A stretch of 64,000 bases of DNA from an uncultured Verrucomicrobiae bacterium. Its GTDB lineage: Bacteria > Verrucomicrobiota > Verrucomicrobiia > Limisphaerales > JAFGQR01. Shown here piece by piece: positions 33,511 through 43,939 of the stretch; positions within the stretch are counted from its first letter, which is position 1, and every line of letters starts with the position of its first letter. The notes under the pieces are model-generated. The model saw only the letters and a program-made list of their open reading frames with translations. It had not been told where the DNA came from and did not search any database. The stretch is from the NCBI GenBank assembly GCA_963788655.1, contig CAWBHS010000059.1, forward strand, positions 125,104 to 189,103, in the 5' to 3' direction. The position numbers were made by a program, and so were the translations under genes.

Positions 33511-35274
33511 TGAGGAAATCCAACTACGACAAATATCCGTCGGTCGCCGTAACCAATGGGGCCGACAAATGCGTGACCGGATGGGACGCCATCGTCGAGC
33601 GGTTGCACCAGGCGATTGCCGAGCTTGCCGCCCGCAAGACAGTCCTCATCGTCGAATGCTACCCAGGCGTGCAGGAGGAAGCCGTGCTGAATGAGTTGCA
33701 GCGCCGGCTGACCCCGGCGCTGACTTTGGCTGCGGCGCAAGCGTTGCGGTCGCCGAAACAAATCGATGACCTGGTCGCTCCGTTCCTGGGAGGCAATGAC
33801 CCGGTCTTTGGCTTTCTTTCTGGGCTGTCCCTGCCGCAGTTCTTTGATGAGGAACAGTTGTGGTATTGGCGCGAATCCGCGGCGCAGGTTCAGGAGGGAT
33901 TGGTGCTGGTCGTTGGTTGTGGTGCGCGGTTGATCGCTGAAGGAGACTTGCTGGTTTATGCGGATCTCGCGCGCTGGGAAGCGCAGAATCGATTTCGTCG
34001 AAACGAGATCAGCAACCTGGGCGTCAACAACTGCGACCTCGCGGCCGGCCTGCAATACAAACGCGCCTTCTTCGTGGATTGGCGCGTCGCCGACCGTTGG
34101 AAACGCCCGCTCATCGATCGCTGGGATTTTGTGCTCGATACGAACGATCCGCGCCAGCCGAAGTTGGCCGACGGCGAAGCGGTGCGAGCCGGCTTGCGCC
34201 AGGCGGTGACGCAACCGTTCCGGGTGGTGCCCTTCTTCGATCCGGCGCCGTGGGGCGGGCAGTGGATGAAGGACGTTTGCGGCCTGGATCCCAGCGTGCC
34301 GAATTACGGCTGGTGCTTCGATTGTGTGCCCGAGGAAAACAGTCTCTTGCTCGATTTCGGCAACGCGCGACTGGAACTTCCGGCGCTGGACCTCGTCCTC
34401 TACCAGCCGACGGCGTTGCTGGGCGAAGCGGTCCATGCCCGTTTTGGTGCTGAGTTTCCGATTCGGTTCGACTTGCTGGACACCATGGGTGGCGGCAATC
34501 TTTCGTTCCAGGTGCATCCGCTTACGGAATACATCCAGCAGACCTTTGGCATGCACTACACGCAGGACGAAAGTTATTACCTGCTCGACGCCGCGCCGGA
34601 CGCCACGGTTTATCTCGGACTGCGCGAAGGGATTGATCCCGCCGCCATGGTGCGCGACCTCGAACAGGCGCAGAAAGGCCAGCACCCGTTTCCGGCGGAG
34701 CGCTACGCCAATCGATGGCCCGCCCGCAAACACGACCATTTCCTGATCCCGGCCGGCACCGTGCATTGTTCCGGCCAGAGCTCGATGGTGCTGGAGATCA
34801 GCGCCACACCTTACATTTTCACGTTCAAAATGTGGGACTGGGGCCGGTTGGGTTTGGATGGCAAACCGCGGCCCATCCATCTCGACCACGGGGTGCGGAA
34901 CATCCAGTGGGACCGCACCACGCCCTGGGTGAAAAGCAATCTCATCAACCGCGATTGAACCGGTGGCGCACGGCGACGGTTGGCGGGAGGAACGCACCGG
35001 CCTGCACGAACGCGAATTCATCGAGACGCGCCGGCATTGGTTCACCGACGCCTGCCCACTCCACACGCACGGTGGGGTCAACGTGCTGAATCTGGTCGAA
35101 GGCGAAGTCGCCGTGGTGGAGAGCCCGGACGGAGCGTTCGCGCCGTTCCGGGTGCATTACGCCGAAACGTTCATTGTTCCCGCCGCGGTTGGGGCGTACT
35201 CCATGCGGCCGCTCGGGCAGGCCACCGATCGGGAGCATGCGGTGATCCGCGCGTTCGTGCGGCACCGGGGGTGA
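33510..35274 (+). CDS. class I mannose-6-phosphate isomerase-like cupin protein with N-terminal extension (+1 frameshift near 34953)
   Basis: PFFDPAPWGGQWM, FDCVPEENS, FPIRFDLLDTMGGGNLSFQVHP, YTQDESYY, IPAGTVHCSG, VLEISATP. Continues in the +1 frame (TGLHEREFIETRRHWF..HYAETFIVPA). The start is coupled to the ROK stop. Confidence 0.85.
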
Positions 35275-35317
35275 AGAACAATGAGATCGCGCCATCATAA
35301 AATGGTGTATCGTCGGT

Positions 35318-35461
35318 CGCGTCAGCGTTTGGAGTGCGTCCGGCTGGCCGGCGCTTTCGGGTGGAGAAACGGCAGCCGTAACTTCGTAAGCGCAGCAAAA
35401 GTCGTTACCCCATAATCAGCGAAATCGGGAGCAAGCTCCACGCACTGCAAACGCTGGCGCG
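35318..35461. repeat. REP-like inverted doublet (TTGGAGTGCG type)
   Basis: Two 42-nt arms (35318-35359 and 35420-35461) in inverted orientation. The outer 22 nt are 20/22 identical and each arm has its own internal hairpin. Confidence 0.75.
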
Positions 35462-35899
35462 TCCTCCGAGTGCAGGCGACAGCTTGCTCCAGTATGAACT
35501 TGCCCCGCGCTCCAAAACATGTCGGCAATGCTCCAATCCTGATTGATGCCTGATGGCCCTTTCCAGTCTTCTGCCTCCGTGCTATCGCTCCCTCACAGTC
35601 TGACCAAAGCCACGCAAGCTCTCCTCCGCTTCAATCCTTCGACTTTTTAATCCTTCAACCAGAGTCGAGCCTCGGTGGTGCTGTGCGGTGAGGTTCTTGC
35701 TGTGTATTTCTCGTTTATGAACGGTCACGATGCCGACCCGGTTGGAAACAGGGAAAAGAAGGGCATCCTGGTTACTGGTCAGACGAATTAACGTTGGGGG
35801 TCCGTGTCTGGCCATCCTATTCAAAATGAAGAACTTACTCAGGCCCAAGCCTTGCGCAACGCGAGTAATATCCCGCGGCGTTAACTACTGTGCTGATTT

Positions 35900-36901
35900 A
35901 TGACCCTCTGGACCATCCGGCTCGTCTTTCTGTCGTTGTGCATGCTGGCCGGCTATGCGGTCGGGGAATTGGTGCCCGAGCTCATCCGGCAACCGTGGGC
36001 CTGGTTGGCGGGCTTTGGTTTGGGAGGGGTGATGGTTGCCATCGACGAGATGATCAAGGGCTTTTCCCTGCGCGCTTTTTCGGCCGCCACGTTCGGCCTG
36101 GTGCTGGGGTCGATCATTGCCTGGCTGATTGACCGCTCGGAGTTATTCAAATTTACCACCGACGACGTGCGTTGGATCATCCGCCTGGCCCTGTTCCTCG
36201 GATTCGGCTACATCGGCATCATTTTGGCGATGCGCAGCAACAAGGAAGATTTTTCGCTGATCATCCCTTATGTCCGTTTTCGTTCGCAAAGCAAAGCCGA
36301 GAACCTGTTGTTGCTCGATACCAATGCCATCATCGACGGGCGCGTGGCGGAATTGATCGAGGCCAACTTTGTCGAAGGCATCGTGGTGGTGCCCAAGTTC
36401 ATCCTGCACGAACTGCAACTGATCGCCGATTCCTCCGATCCCTTGCGGCGGGCCCGGGGGCGGCGCGGACTGGAAATTCTCAATCGCATCCGCCAGAATC
36501 CCAACAACGAAGTTAAGATTCACGAAGCGGACATTCCGGAGGAAAAGGAAGTGGACGGCAAACTGATCCAACTGGCGCAAACCCTGCACGCCCGATTGAT
36601 CACCAACGATTTCAATCTCGGTGAAATCGCCAAGCTGCGGCGGGTGCCTTATATCAACTTGAATTCCCTGGCGGCTGCGCTCAAACCGACCGTGCTGCCG
36701 GGCGAAATGCTCACGCTCCGCTTGGTGCGGGACGGCAAAGAAAAAGGCCAAGCGGTCGCCTACATGCCCGACGGCACGATGGTGGTCGTCAACCAGGGAC
36801 ACCCACACGTCGGCCAGCAAGTCCACGCGGAGGTGCAGAGTCTGGTGCAAACCGGCGCCGGGGTGATCATTTTTGCGGACTTGAAAGCCGCCGCCGCGTG
36901 A
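35900..36901 (+). CDS. PIN/TRAM-domain membrane protein (YacL-like)
   Basis: Four TM helices; PIN LLDTNAIIDGR..ELQLIADSSD..RGRRGL..TNDFNL; TRAM GKEKGQAVAYMPDGTMVVV..QTGAGVIIFA. Confidence 0.92.
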   Translation: MTLWTIRLVFLSLCMLAGYAVGELVPELIRQPWAWLAGFGLGGVMVAIDEMIKGFSLRAFSAATFGLVLGSIIAWLIDRSELFKFTTDDVRWIIRLALFLGFGYIGIILAMRSNKEDFSLIIPYVRFRSQSKAENLLLLDTNAIIDGRVAELIEANFVEGIVVVPKFILHELQLIADSSDPLRRARGRRGLEILNRIRQNPNNEVKIHEADIPEEKEVDGKLIQLAQTLHARLITNDFNLGEIAKLRRVPYINLNSLAAALKPTVLPGEMLTLRLVRDGKEKGQAVAYMPDGTMVVVNQGHPHVGQQVHAEVQSLVQTGAGVIIFADLKAAAA

Positions 36902-36926
36902 ACCATGCTGGCGGTAACAAACGAAT

Positions 36927-37160
36927 ATGACACTTGTTACCGTTTATCGCTCGTTCAGCCCGGCGGACGCGCAATTGATTTGCTCCCGGTTGAATGCCGC
37001 TGAGTTGCACGCCCAGGTGACCAACGAATTGTCCGCCCTCAGCATCGACGGCTATTCCCTGGCGGCCGGCGGCATTCGCGTGCAGGTGCCCGAAGACGAA
37101 GTGGAGTTGGCCCTCGAATTGATCGCGGACAAAGACCCCGAAACCCCGGAAGCACCGTAG
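36927..37160 (+). CDS. DUF2007-like putative signal-transducing protein
   Basis: LVTVYRSFSPADAQLI.SRL..GGIRVQVPEDE...A.ELI pattern. Confidence 0.8.
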   Translation: MTLVTVYRSFSPADAQLICSRLNAAELHAQVTNELSALSIDGYSLAAGGIRVQVPEDEVELALELIADKDPETPEAP

Positions 37161-37295
37161 CCGGCTGTTCTCACGTTCACGGCCTTTGCTGAAATGCGCA
37201 ACGCTTTCCTGGCTGGATCCCCGACCTTGGCTCGCCGCTCTCCCTTCGTCATGAACGACGCTTCCTTCGTGGACCCATCCATGCCGTTGCAATTT

Positions 37296-37443
37296 CCGGG
37301 GAGCACAGGCGCCTCGCCTGTTGAGCGGTGCGCCTCGCACCGGTCACGAACCGGGCGGACGTTACCATTGAGCAACAGGCGTTCCCCATCCGAGTCAACG
37401 GCGAGGCGCCGTTGACGACGCCCGAGGCGGGCGCGCTCCCCGG
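37296..37443. repeat. REP-like inverted doublet (GGGGAGC type, two hairpins per arm)
   Basis: Both arms start CCGGGGAGC and carry two hairpins with GCCTC loops; the stems differ by compensatory changes. Confidence 0.75.
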
Positions 37444-37476
37444 CCACATCCGGTCCCTTGCCTTCCCCCCTTTCCT

Positions 37477-38857
37477 ATGAAATCACGTATTGAAAAGAAT
37501 CTGTTAGCCCTCAAGAAACTGCTGCCCGCCAATGAACTGAGCCTTGAGCCCTCAGTTTGCGAGCAATACAGCGGCGACAAATGGTTCGCCACCAGCCTGC
37601 CGGACGCCGTGGCGTTGCCGCGCAGGTACTCGATCTGTATCGGTCCTGTTGCAGTTCGCGCATCAGCAACGAATTCCCGTCACGGTGCGGGGCGCCGGGC
37701 ACGGCTACGTCGGAGGCTGCGTGCCCAGCCGCGGCGGCATTGCGCTCAGCTTGGAACGGTTGAATCGTATCAAAGAAATCAACGCCGCGGATTTTGTCGC
37801 GGTCGTTCAGGCGGGGGCCATCACCAAGACTCTCCAGGACAAGGCCGAGCGCCGCGGCTTGTTCTACCCACCCGATCCGGCGAGCCGGGCGGATTGCTCG
37901 CTCGGCGGCAACATTGCCACCAACGCCGGCGGTCCGCGCTGCCTGAAATACGGCACCACGCGCGATTACGTCTTGGGCGTGGAAGCCGTGCTGGCCGGCG
38001 GGGCGGTGGTCCAACTCGGCGGACGCACCCACAAAAACAAGACCGGCTTCGATCTGCACCGGTTGCTGGTCGGCTCGGAAGGTTTGCTCGGCATTGTGAC
38101 TGAAGCGACGCTCAAACTCATTCCCCTGCCCCCCGCCCGGGCCGCGCTCTCGGTCGGCTTCCCCACCATGAAGGCCGCCGCTCAAACCTTGCACGCCATC
38201 TTCCAGGCGGGCTTTCTGCCCTGCGCATTGGAAATCGCGGATGCCTTTACCTTGGCCGCCGCGCGCCAGCGAACGGGCAGCCGATTGCTGGAGGGTTGCC
38301 ATGCCCATCTGATTGTCGAGCTGGACGGCCAGGAGCAATCCGTGCGCAGCGAACTCAAAACCCTGGAACAAATCGTGCGCCGCCAAAAGCCGGTGTTTGT
38401 CCGCTCGGCCCGCAATCCCGCCCAGTGCGAAGCCATCTGGCAATTGCGTCGCGAGTTTTCCTATTCCCTGCGCGACACCGGTCTCACCAAATTGAATGAG
38501 GACATCGTAGTGCCGCGCAGCCGGCTGGAGGATTTGTTCACGTTCGCCGCCCGGCTCCAGAAAAAGCACGGCTTTCCGGTCGCCTGTTTTGGGCACGCCG
38601 GCGACGGCAACATTCACACGAACATCATGGTGGATCGCACCGTGCCCGGCGCGGACGAACGGTGCAAGGTGGCGCTTGATGAATTGTTCAAGCAGGTGCT
38701 GGCTTGGAAAGGCTCGATCACCGGTGAACACGGCATTGGCCTGGCCAAGAAACGCTGGTGGCCGCTGGCCGCCTCCACCGCAACCCAGCAATTGCACCGG
38801 ACCATCAAGCATGCTTTGGATCCGCACGATATTCTGAATCCGGGCAAGTTCGTTTAA
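37477..38857 (+). CDS. FAD-linked oxidoreductase, GlcD/D-lactate dehydrogenase family (+1 frameshift near 37625)
   Basis: RGAGHGYVGGC, YPPDPAS..CSLGGNIATNAGG, GSEGLLG, EDIVVP, GHAGDGNIH, TGEHGIG, LDP..ILNPGK. The N-terminus is in the preceding frame from ATG 37477. Confidence 0.9.
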
Positions 38858-39022
38858 AGCCCGAAGAAGGAAATGTCCAATGGCCAAGGATCAGTCGGCT
38901 CTGTGGAAGAAAATCCAGATGGCCAACGAAGCGTAGGAAGCGCATCCTACGCGACCAGCGCGTGATCGTCCCGCCCCCAAACGCTCGCTGAAAACCTGGC
39001 ACCTGCAACCGCGACGCACTAA

Positions 39023-39187
39023 GCGAAGGGCTCATTTGAAGACGGTTGGGCGCACGCATTTGTCTCCGACAAGTTTGGAGAGGCAACAACTCATTGGCGA
39101 TAACTTGAAGACCGGGTTCGACGCGGAGTCGGCAATCCCTGTCCGCTGTTGTTGGTCGGAATCCCCCACCAAGTCCTATTTGTATAG
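39023..39187 (+). pseudogene. C-terminal relic of a BglII/BstYI-like type II restriction endonuclease
   Basis: Manual translation: AKGSFEDGWAHAFVSDKFGEATTHWR*LEDRVRRGVGNPCPLLLVGIPHQVLFV*, with an in-frame TAA at 39101. The KxGxxTTH..L..R...G.G..CPLL..GI pattern is the C-terminus of endonucleases that accompany MT-A70 methyltransferases. Confidence 0.65.
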
Positions 39188-39205
39188 CTGCACAAAAAGG
39201 CAATC

Positions 39206-39895
39206 ATGACTGCGAAAGTTTACAACCTTGCCGAGCCCAATCCGTCGGAAGACCTCCTGGCGAAGATGATCGGGCAGTATTCAACCATTCTGGCGGATCC
39301 GCCCTGGCAGTTCCAGAATCGGACCGGGAAGATGGCGCCCGAGCACCGGCGCTTGCTGCGATACCCAACGATGGAACTCAAAGAAATTCTGGAGCTTCCG
39401 GTTTCCAAACTCGCGGCCGCCAAGTCACACCTTTATTTGTGGGTTCCGAACGCCCTGTTGCAGGAGGGCTTGAGCGTCATGGAAGCATGGGGATTCACCT
39501 ATAAGTCAAATCTGGTCTGGTACAAGATCCGCAAGGACGGCGGTCCCGATGGGCGCGGCGTTGGCTTTTATTTTCGGAATGTTACCGAGCTGGTGCTGTT
39601 CGGTGTTCGCGGCAGCATGCGCACGCTTCCTCCCGGTCGAACCCAGGTGAACCTGCTCGCCACCAGGAAGCGAGAGCATTCGCGCAAACCGGATGAGATC
39701 TACAACTTGATTGAGTCGTGCTCTCCTGGCCCCTACTTGGAACTCTTTGCGCGTTTCTGTCACCCTGGCTGGCACCAATGGGGCAATGAAGATGTTGAGG
39801 AGAATTCGTCGTGCGGAGTCGCCCGACGAAAAGGCCACGTCGATCCGCAACTGCGCTTGATGGAAACGCCGCGGGGCTACGGCGCAAAAGGTTGA
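39206..39895 (+). CDS. MT-A70-family N6-adenine methyltransferase
   Basis: ILADPPW, RYPTM, HLYLWVPN, MEAWGFTYK, GVGFYFRNVTE, REHSRKPDE, YLELFAR, WGNE. Confidence 0.93.
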   Translation: MTAKVYNLAEPNPSEDLLAKMIGQYSTILADPPWQFQNRTGKMAPEHRRLLRYPTMELKEILELPVSKLAAAKSHLYLWVPNALLQEGLSVMEAWGFTYKSNLVWYKIRKDGGPDGRGVGFYFRNVTELVLFGVRGSMRTLPPGRTQVNLLATRKREHSRKPDEIYNLIESCSPGPYLELFARFCHPGWHQWGNEDVEENSSCGVARRKGHVDPQLRLMETPRGYGAKG

Positions 39896-40052
39896 CGGTG
39901 TCAGTGGGAGCTGCGCATTGCCGCCAAGCCGGTAGCGCAGATTTGTGATCTGCAAGGGGGGCGGTCAATCGTATTGACAAGGCGCCTGCCGTAGGAAATA
40001 CGCTGCTTTCTTCGGTGAAAAATCAACCCGATCCCGCTACGTTGTTCGCGGT

Positions 40053-41630
40053 ATGTCGGAAATTGTCCTGACGACGCTGAACGCGAAATACATCCACGCG
40101 GCCTTTGGCTTGCGCTACTTGCTGGCCAACCTGGACGAATTGCGCCCGCGGGCGGCGCTGGCCGAGTTCGACATCAATCAGCAGCCGCTGGACATTGCCG
40201 AAAAGCTACTGGCGCTGGCGCCCAAAATCATTGGGTTTGGCGTGTATATATGGAATACGGCCCAAACCGCCCAAGTGCTCGCCGCCATCAAGCGAGTGCG
40301 ACCCGAAATCACCGTTATCCTCGGAGGGCCGGAGGTAAGTTTCGAGACGGAACAGCAAGCCGTTGTACAACTCGCCGACCATGTCATCACCGGCGAAGCG
40401 GACTTGAAGTTTGCCGAGGTTTGTCGGCAGATGCTCGCCGGGAGACTGCCCGGACAAAAAATCATCGCGGCTGCCCCGCCCACCTTCGAGCAACTGGCCC
40501 TGCCATACGAACTGTACACAGACAGCGATCTGGCGCACCGGGTGATCTACGTGGAAGCGTCGCGTGGCTGCCCGTTTTCTTGCGAATTTTGTCTTTCGTC
40601 GCTCGACATCCCCGTGCGCCAGGCACCCTTGCCAACATTCCTCAACCATCTGGACCGCCTGTTGGAACGGGGCGCGCGGCAGTTCAAGTTTGTGGACCGA
40701 ACGTTCAACCTGAATCTCAAGACCAGCGCCGCCATCCTCGAGTTTTGCCGGACGCGCTGGCAGCCGGGCCGATTCTTCCACTTCGAGATGATTCCGGATC
40801 GTTTGCCGGAGAACTTGCGGAAGTTGATCGCGGAATTTCCGCCGGGCGCGCTGCAATTCGAAGTGGGCGTGCAATCATTCAATCCCGAGGTGTGCGTGCG
40901 CATTAGCCGCCGGCAGAATTTTGAGCGGCTGGAGGACAACTTCCATTTCCTGCGCCAAGAAACCGGCGTCCATATCCATGCGGATTTGATCCTTGGGCTG
41001 CCGGGTGAAAGTCTGGAAAGCATTGCGGCCGGCTTTGATCGCCTGGTGCGTCTGGGACCGCAGGAAATCCAGGTGGGCATTCTCAAGCGGCTGCGCGGCA
41101 CGCCCATTATGCGGCACGATGCCGAATGGGAAATGGTGTATCATGCGCACCCGCCTTACGAGATTCTCCAGAACAAGCTGCTCGATTTCAGCACGCTGCA
41201 ACGCTTGCGCCGGTTCGCGCGATATTGGGACCTCGTCGGCAACAGCGGCAATTTTGTGGAAACGACGCCGTTTATTTGGCAAGCCGCGGGGCTGGGCTCA
41301 CCACTCGCGGGGACCGATGAAACACCCGCACTGGCTTCGCCTTTCTGGTCGTTCTTAAAGTGGAGTGATTGGCTGTATGCACAAGTGCGCCGCACGGACG
41401 GCATTGCCTTGTCACGGCTGGTGGAGTTGTTATTTCGGTATCTCACCGCTGAGTTGGGGCAGGACGCTTCCCAAGTCGCGGCCGTTCTCTGGCGTGATTA
41501 TCAGCGCGGAGGGCGTAGCGACAAGCCAGCGTTTCTGCGGCCTTACATTGCGACCGAGGAAACCGGATCCAAGCCGTCCCGTCCCGCGACCGGGCAGAAA
41601 CGCCAGGCGCGGCATTGGCAGGCGGGGTAG
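40053..41630 (+). CDS. B12-binding radical SAM protein (DUF4080-type C-terminus)
   Basis: [38 protein letters not shown] (CxxxCxxC), [18 protein letters not shown]. Confidence 0.92.
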   Translation: MSEIVLTTLNAKYIHAAFGLRYLLANLDELRPRAALAEFDINQQPLDIAEKLLALAPKIIGFGVYIWNTAQTAQVLAAIKRVRPEITVILGGPEVSFETEQQAVVQLADHVITGEADLKFAEVCRQMLAGRLPGQKIIAAAPPTFEQLALPYELYTDSDLAHRVIYVEASRGCPFSCEFCLSSLDIPVRQAPLPTFLNHLDRLLERGARQFKFVDRTFNLNLKTSAAILEFCRTRWQPGRFFHFEMIPDRLPENLRKLIAEFPPGALQFEVGVQSFNPEVCVRISRRQNFERLEDNFHFLRQETGVHIHADLILGLPGESLESIAAGFDRLVRLGPQEIQVGILKRLRGTPIMRHDAEWEMVYHAHPPYEILQNKLLDFSTLQRLRRFARYWDLVGNSGNFVETTPFIWQAAGLGSPLAGTDETPALASPFWSFLKWSDWLYAQVRRTDGIALSRLVELLFRYLTAELGQDASQVAAVLWRDYQRGGRSDKPAFLRPYIATEETGSKPSRPATGQKRQARHWQAG

Positions 41631-41674
41631 AAACGCAATGAACCTGAGAGAAAAAGGTCGATGGAATTCCTTAA

Positions 41675-41751
41675 CCGTAGCAGCGTTTCTGAAAAGTGCT
41701 GCAAACTCAATTCAGGGCAGTCTGCGGCGCTCTGCGGAAGCGCCGCTACGG
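41675..41751. repeat. REP-like inverted doublet (GTAG type)
   Basis: CCGTAGCAGCG...TGCTGCA and, inverted, CCGTAGCGGCG...CGCCGCA: GTAG followed by a hairpin on each arm. Confidence 0.7.
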
Positions 41752-42086
41752 CCGGGGAGCGGGGGTGGTGATGGTGTTACTTCGCCTCTCCTCCATTTTT
41801 CCGTGAGCCAAGCGGATGAGCGCGGTCAAATCGAGTAATGCGTTGAGCAGCAGTTCACAGTTTGAACTGGATCCGCAGGCGGTTGACCGCCCGCGTTCCG
41901 CCCAAAACCAGTCAGGCAATGACCCGGGAAAACGCTGGTTCGGGCGTCTGACATCGAGTATTAATAACTCAAACAGTGCGTCCGTCGTTGCAAGCGACGG
42001 AGCGCTTGAGCCGACATTATGATCGTCGAAACACAAATCCCGAGCCGGACGGATCACCGCCGTTACCGCCGTGAACCCAGAGTGTC

Positions 42087-42857
42087 ATGAGCCGCTTCGT
42101 CAATCTGGAGTTCAACCACGATTCGGAAGGCCGTTCCGCGCAAACGCCGGTTAAGGATGAGGCGTATTACTTCGCCGAAGCGCGCACGGCGTTCGAGCAA
42201 GCGCGTTTCGAGCAGGCGCTGCGTTCCTACGCCAAGGTGCTGGAGTTCAATCCGCAGAACGTGGTAGCCTGGACCGGTCAGGTGCGGTCCTTGATCGAAC
42301 TGGGTGAATACCGGGAAGCCAAACTGTGGGCGGACAAAGCGCTGGAGCGGTTCCCGAATGATGCGGAATTGCTCTCGGCCAAGGCGGTGGCGTTGGGCCG
42401 CAGCGGGGATTTGCAGGGAGCGCTCTCGTTTTCCGATGCGGCCATCGAGGAGCGCGGCGATACGCCCTACACGTGGCTGGCGCGGGCGGATGTCATGCTG
42501 GCCCGCGCCGAACCGCGCGCGGATTATTGTTTTGATAAAGCGCTGGCGCTGGCGCCGCGAGACTGGTTCATCGCCTGGTTGGCGGCGCGCATTCGCCATT
42601 TTTACCAGCAATTTGCCCAGGCGCTGAAGCTCGTCCAGCAGGCGCTGGAATGGAATCCCGGCCAAGGCACGCTCTGGCTGCTGACCGGGGTTTGTCAGAA
42701 ACAACTGGGCTTGCTCGGGGCGGCCGCCACGTCCTTGCAACAGGCCCGGCAATTGGACCCGCAGTGCCGGGAAACCGAATCCATGCTGCGGTCACTCTCG
42801 ACCATCGGATGGGGAACGCGGCTGCGCGGCTGGTGGCGCCGACTCTTTGTTAAATGA
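42087..42857 (+). CDS. tetratricopeptide-repeat protein
   Basis: Tandem TPR helices (ALRSYAKVLEFNPQNVVAW, ALERFPNDAELL, ALALAPRDW, ALEWNPGQ, ARQLDPQ). Confidence 0.88.
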   Translation: MSRFVNLEFNHDSEGRSAQTPVKDEAYYFAEARTAFEQARFEQALRSYAKVLEFNPQNVVAWTGQVRSLIELGEYREAKLWADKALERFPNDAELLSAKAVALGRSGDLQGALSFSDAAIEERGDTPYTWLARADVMLARAEPRADYCFDKALALAPRDWFIAWLAARIRHFYQQFAQALKLVQQALEWNPGQGTLWLLTGVCQKQLGLLGAAATSLQQARQLDPQCRETESMLRSLSTIGWGTRLRGWWRRLFVK

Positions 42858-43915
42858 TCACGGGGCTGCTCGATGGGTTGTTGCGTAAGGTAAGCGAATT
42901 CGACGCTTCGGACCTGCACCTGATTGCCGGGGTGCCGCCCGCCTATCGCGTGAACGGCGAGATCATCCTGGCCGATCACGATGCGCTGTCCGAAGCCGAC
43001 CTGGTGGCGGTGGCCGACGCGCTCTTAAACGACGAACAACGGGCCAAGTTTGCGCAGGAATGGGAGCTGTGCATTTCGCTGCTCCACTCCGCCGCGGGGC
43101 GGTTGCGGGCGACGTTCTACAAACGCAACGGGCATCCAGAAATCAGCCTGCGGTTTTGCGGTGACCGCATCCCAACACGCGAAGAACTGGGGTTGCCGGC
43201 CAAAATCGACGAGTTGGCGCGACGTTCCAATGGCTTGGTACTGATCACCGGGCCGACCGGTTCCGGGAAGACCACTTCGCTCAACTACATGGTGGATCTC
43301 ATCAACAGCGAACGGCGCTGCAAGATTGTCACCATTGAAGATCCCATCGAGTTTGTGCATGAGAATCGCCGCGCGATTATTGTGCAACAGGAAGTGCTGT
43401 CGGATGTCCACTCGTTCAACCGCGCGCTCATCCACGTGTTGCGCCAGGATCCGGATGTGATCGTCGTCGGCGAAATCCGCGACCACGAAGCCATTGCCAC
43501 CGCGTTGGCAGCCGCCGAAACGGGCCACTTGGTGCTGGCCACCATGCACTCGCCCAATGTGTCTCATGCGCTCGAACGCATCATCGGCGTGTTTGAGGGC
43601 AATGCCCAGCGGCAGATCGTCCTGCAGTTGTCCAATTCCTTGCACGGCATCGTGGCGCAGGATCTGTTGCCGGCCGTGGACCGCACGAAACGGATTCTCG
43701 CGTATGAACTGTTGGTGGCCAACGGCGCGGTGCGCAACTTGATCCGTGAGGGCACCCTTCACCAGTTGGAGAACGTGATTCAAATGGGCGGCAAGGAAGG
43801 TATGATGCTCATGGACAATTGCCTGTACGATCTTTATTGCAAGTGTCTGATCAGTTACGACACGGCCATCAGCCGGGCCCGGCATCCCGACCGGGTGAAC
43901 CGGCACCAAGGTTGA
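42854..43915 (+). CDS. pilT: PilT/PilU-family type IV pilus ATPase
   Basis: ASDLHL, Walker A GPTGSGKTT, TIEDPIE, LRQDPDVIVVGEIRD, AETGHLVLATMH, AVRNLIRE. Confidence 0.9.
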   Translation: MITGLLDGLLRKVSEFDASDLHLIAGVPPAYRVNGEIILADHDALSEADLVAVADALLNDEQRAKFAQEWELCISLLHSAAGRLRATFYKRNGHPEISLRFCGDRIPTREELGLPAKIDELARRSNGLVLITGPTGSGKTTSLNYMVDLINSERRCKIVTIEDPIEFVHENRRAIIVQQEVLSDVHSFNRALIHVLRQDPDVIVVGEIRDHEAIATALAAAETGHLVLATMHSPNVSHALERIIGVFEGNAQRQIVLQLSNSLHGIVAQDLLPAVDRTKRILAYELLVANGAVRNLIREGTLHQLENVIQMGGKEGMMLMDNCLYDLYCKCLISYDTAISRARHPDRVNRHQG

Positions 43916-43939
43916 GAACGTTGCCGAGGTGGAGATGCC

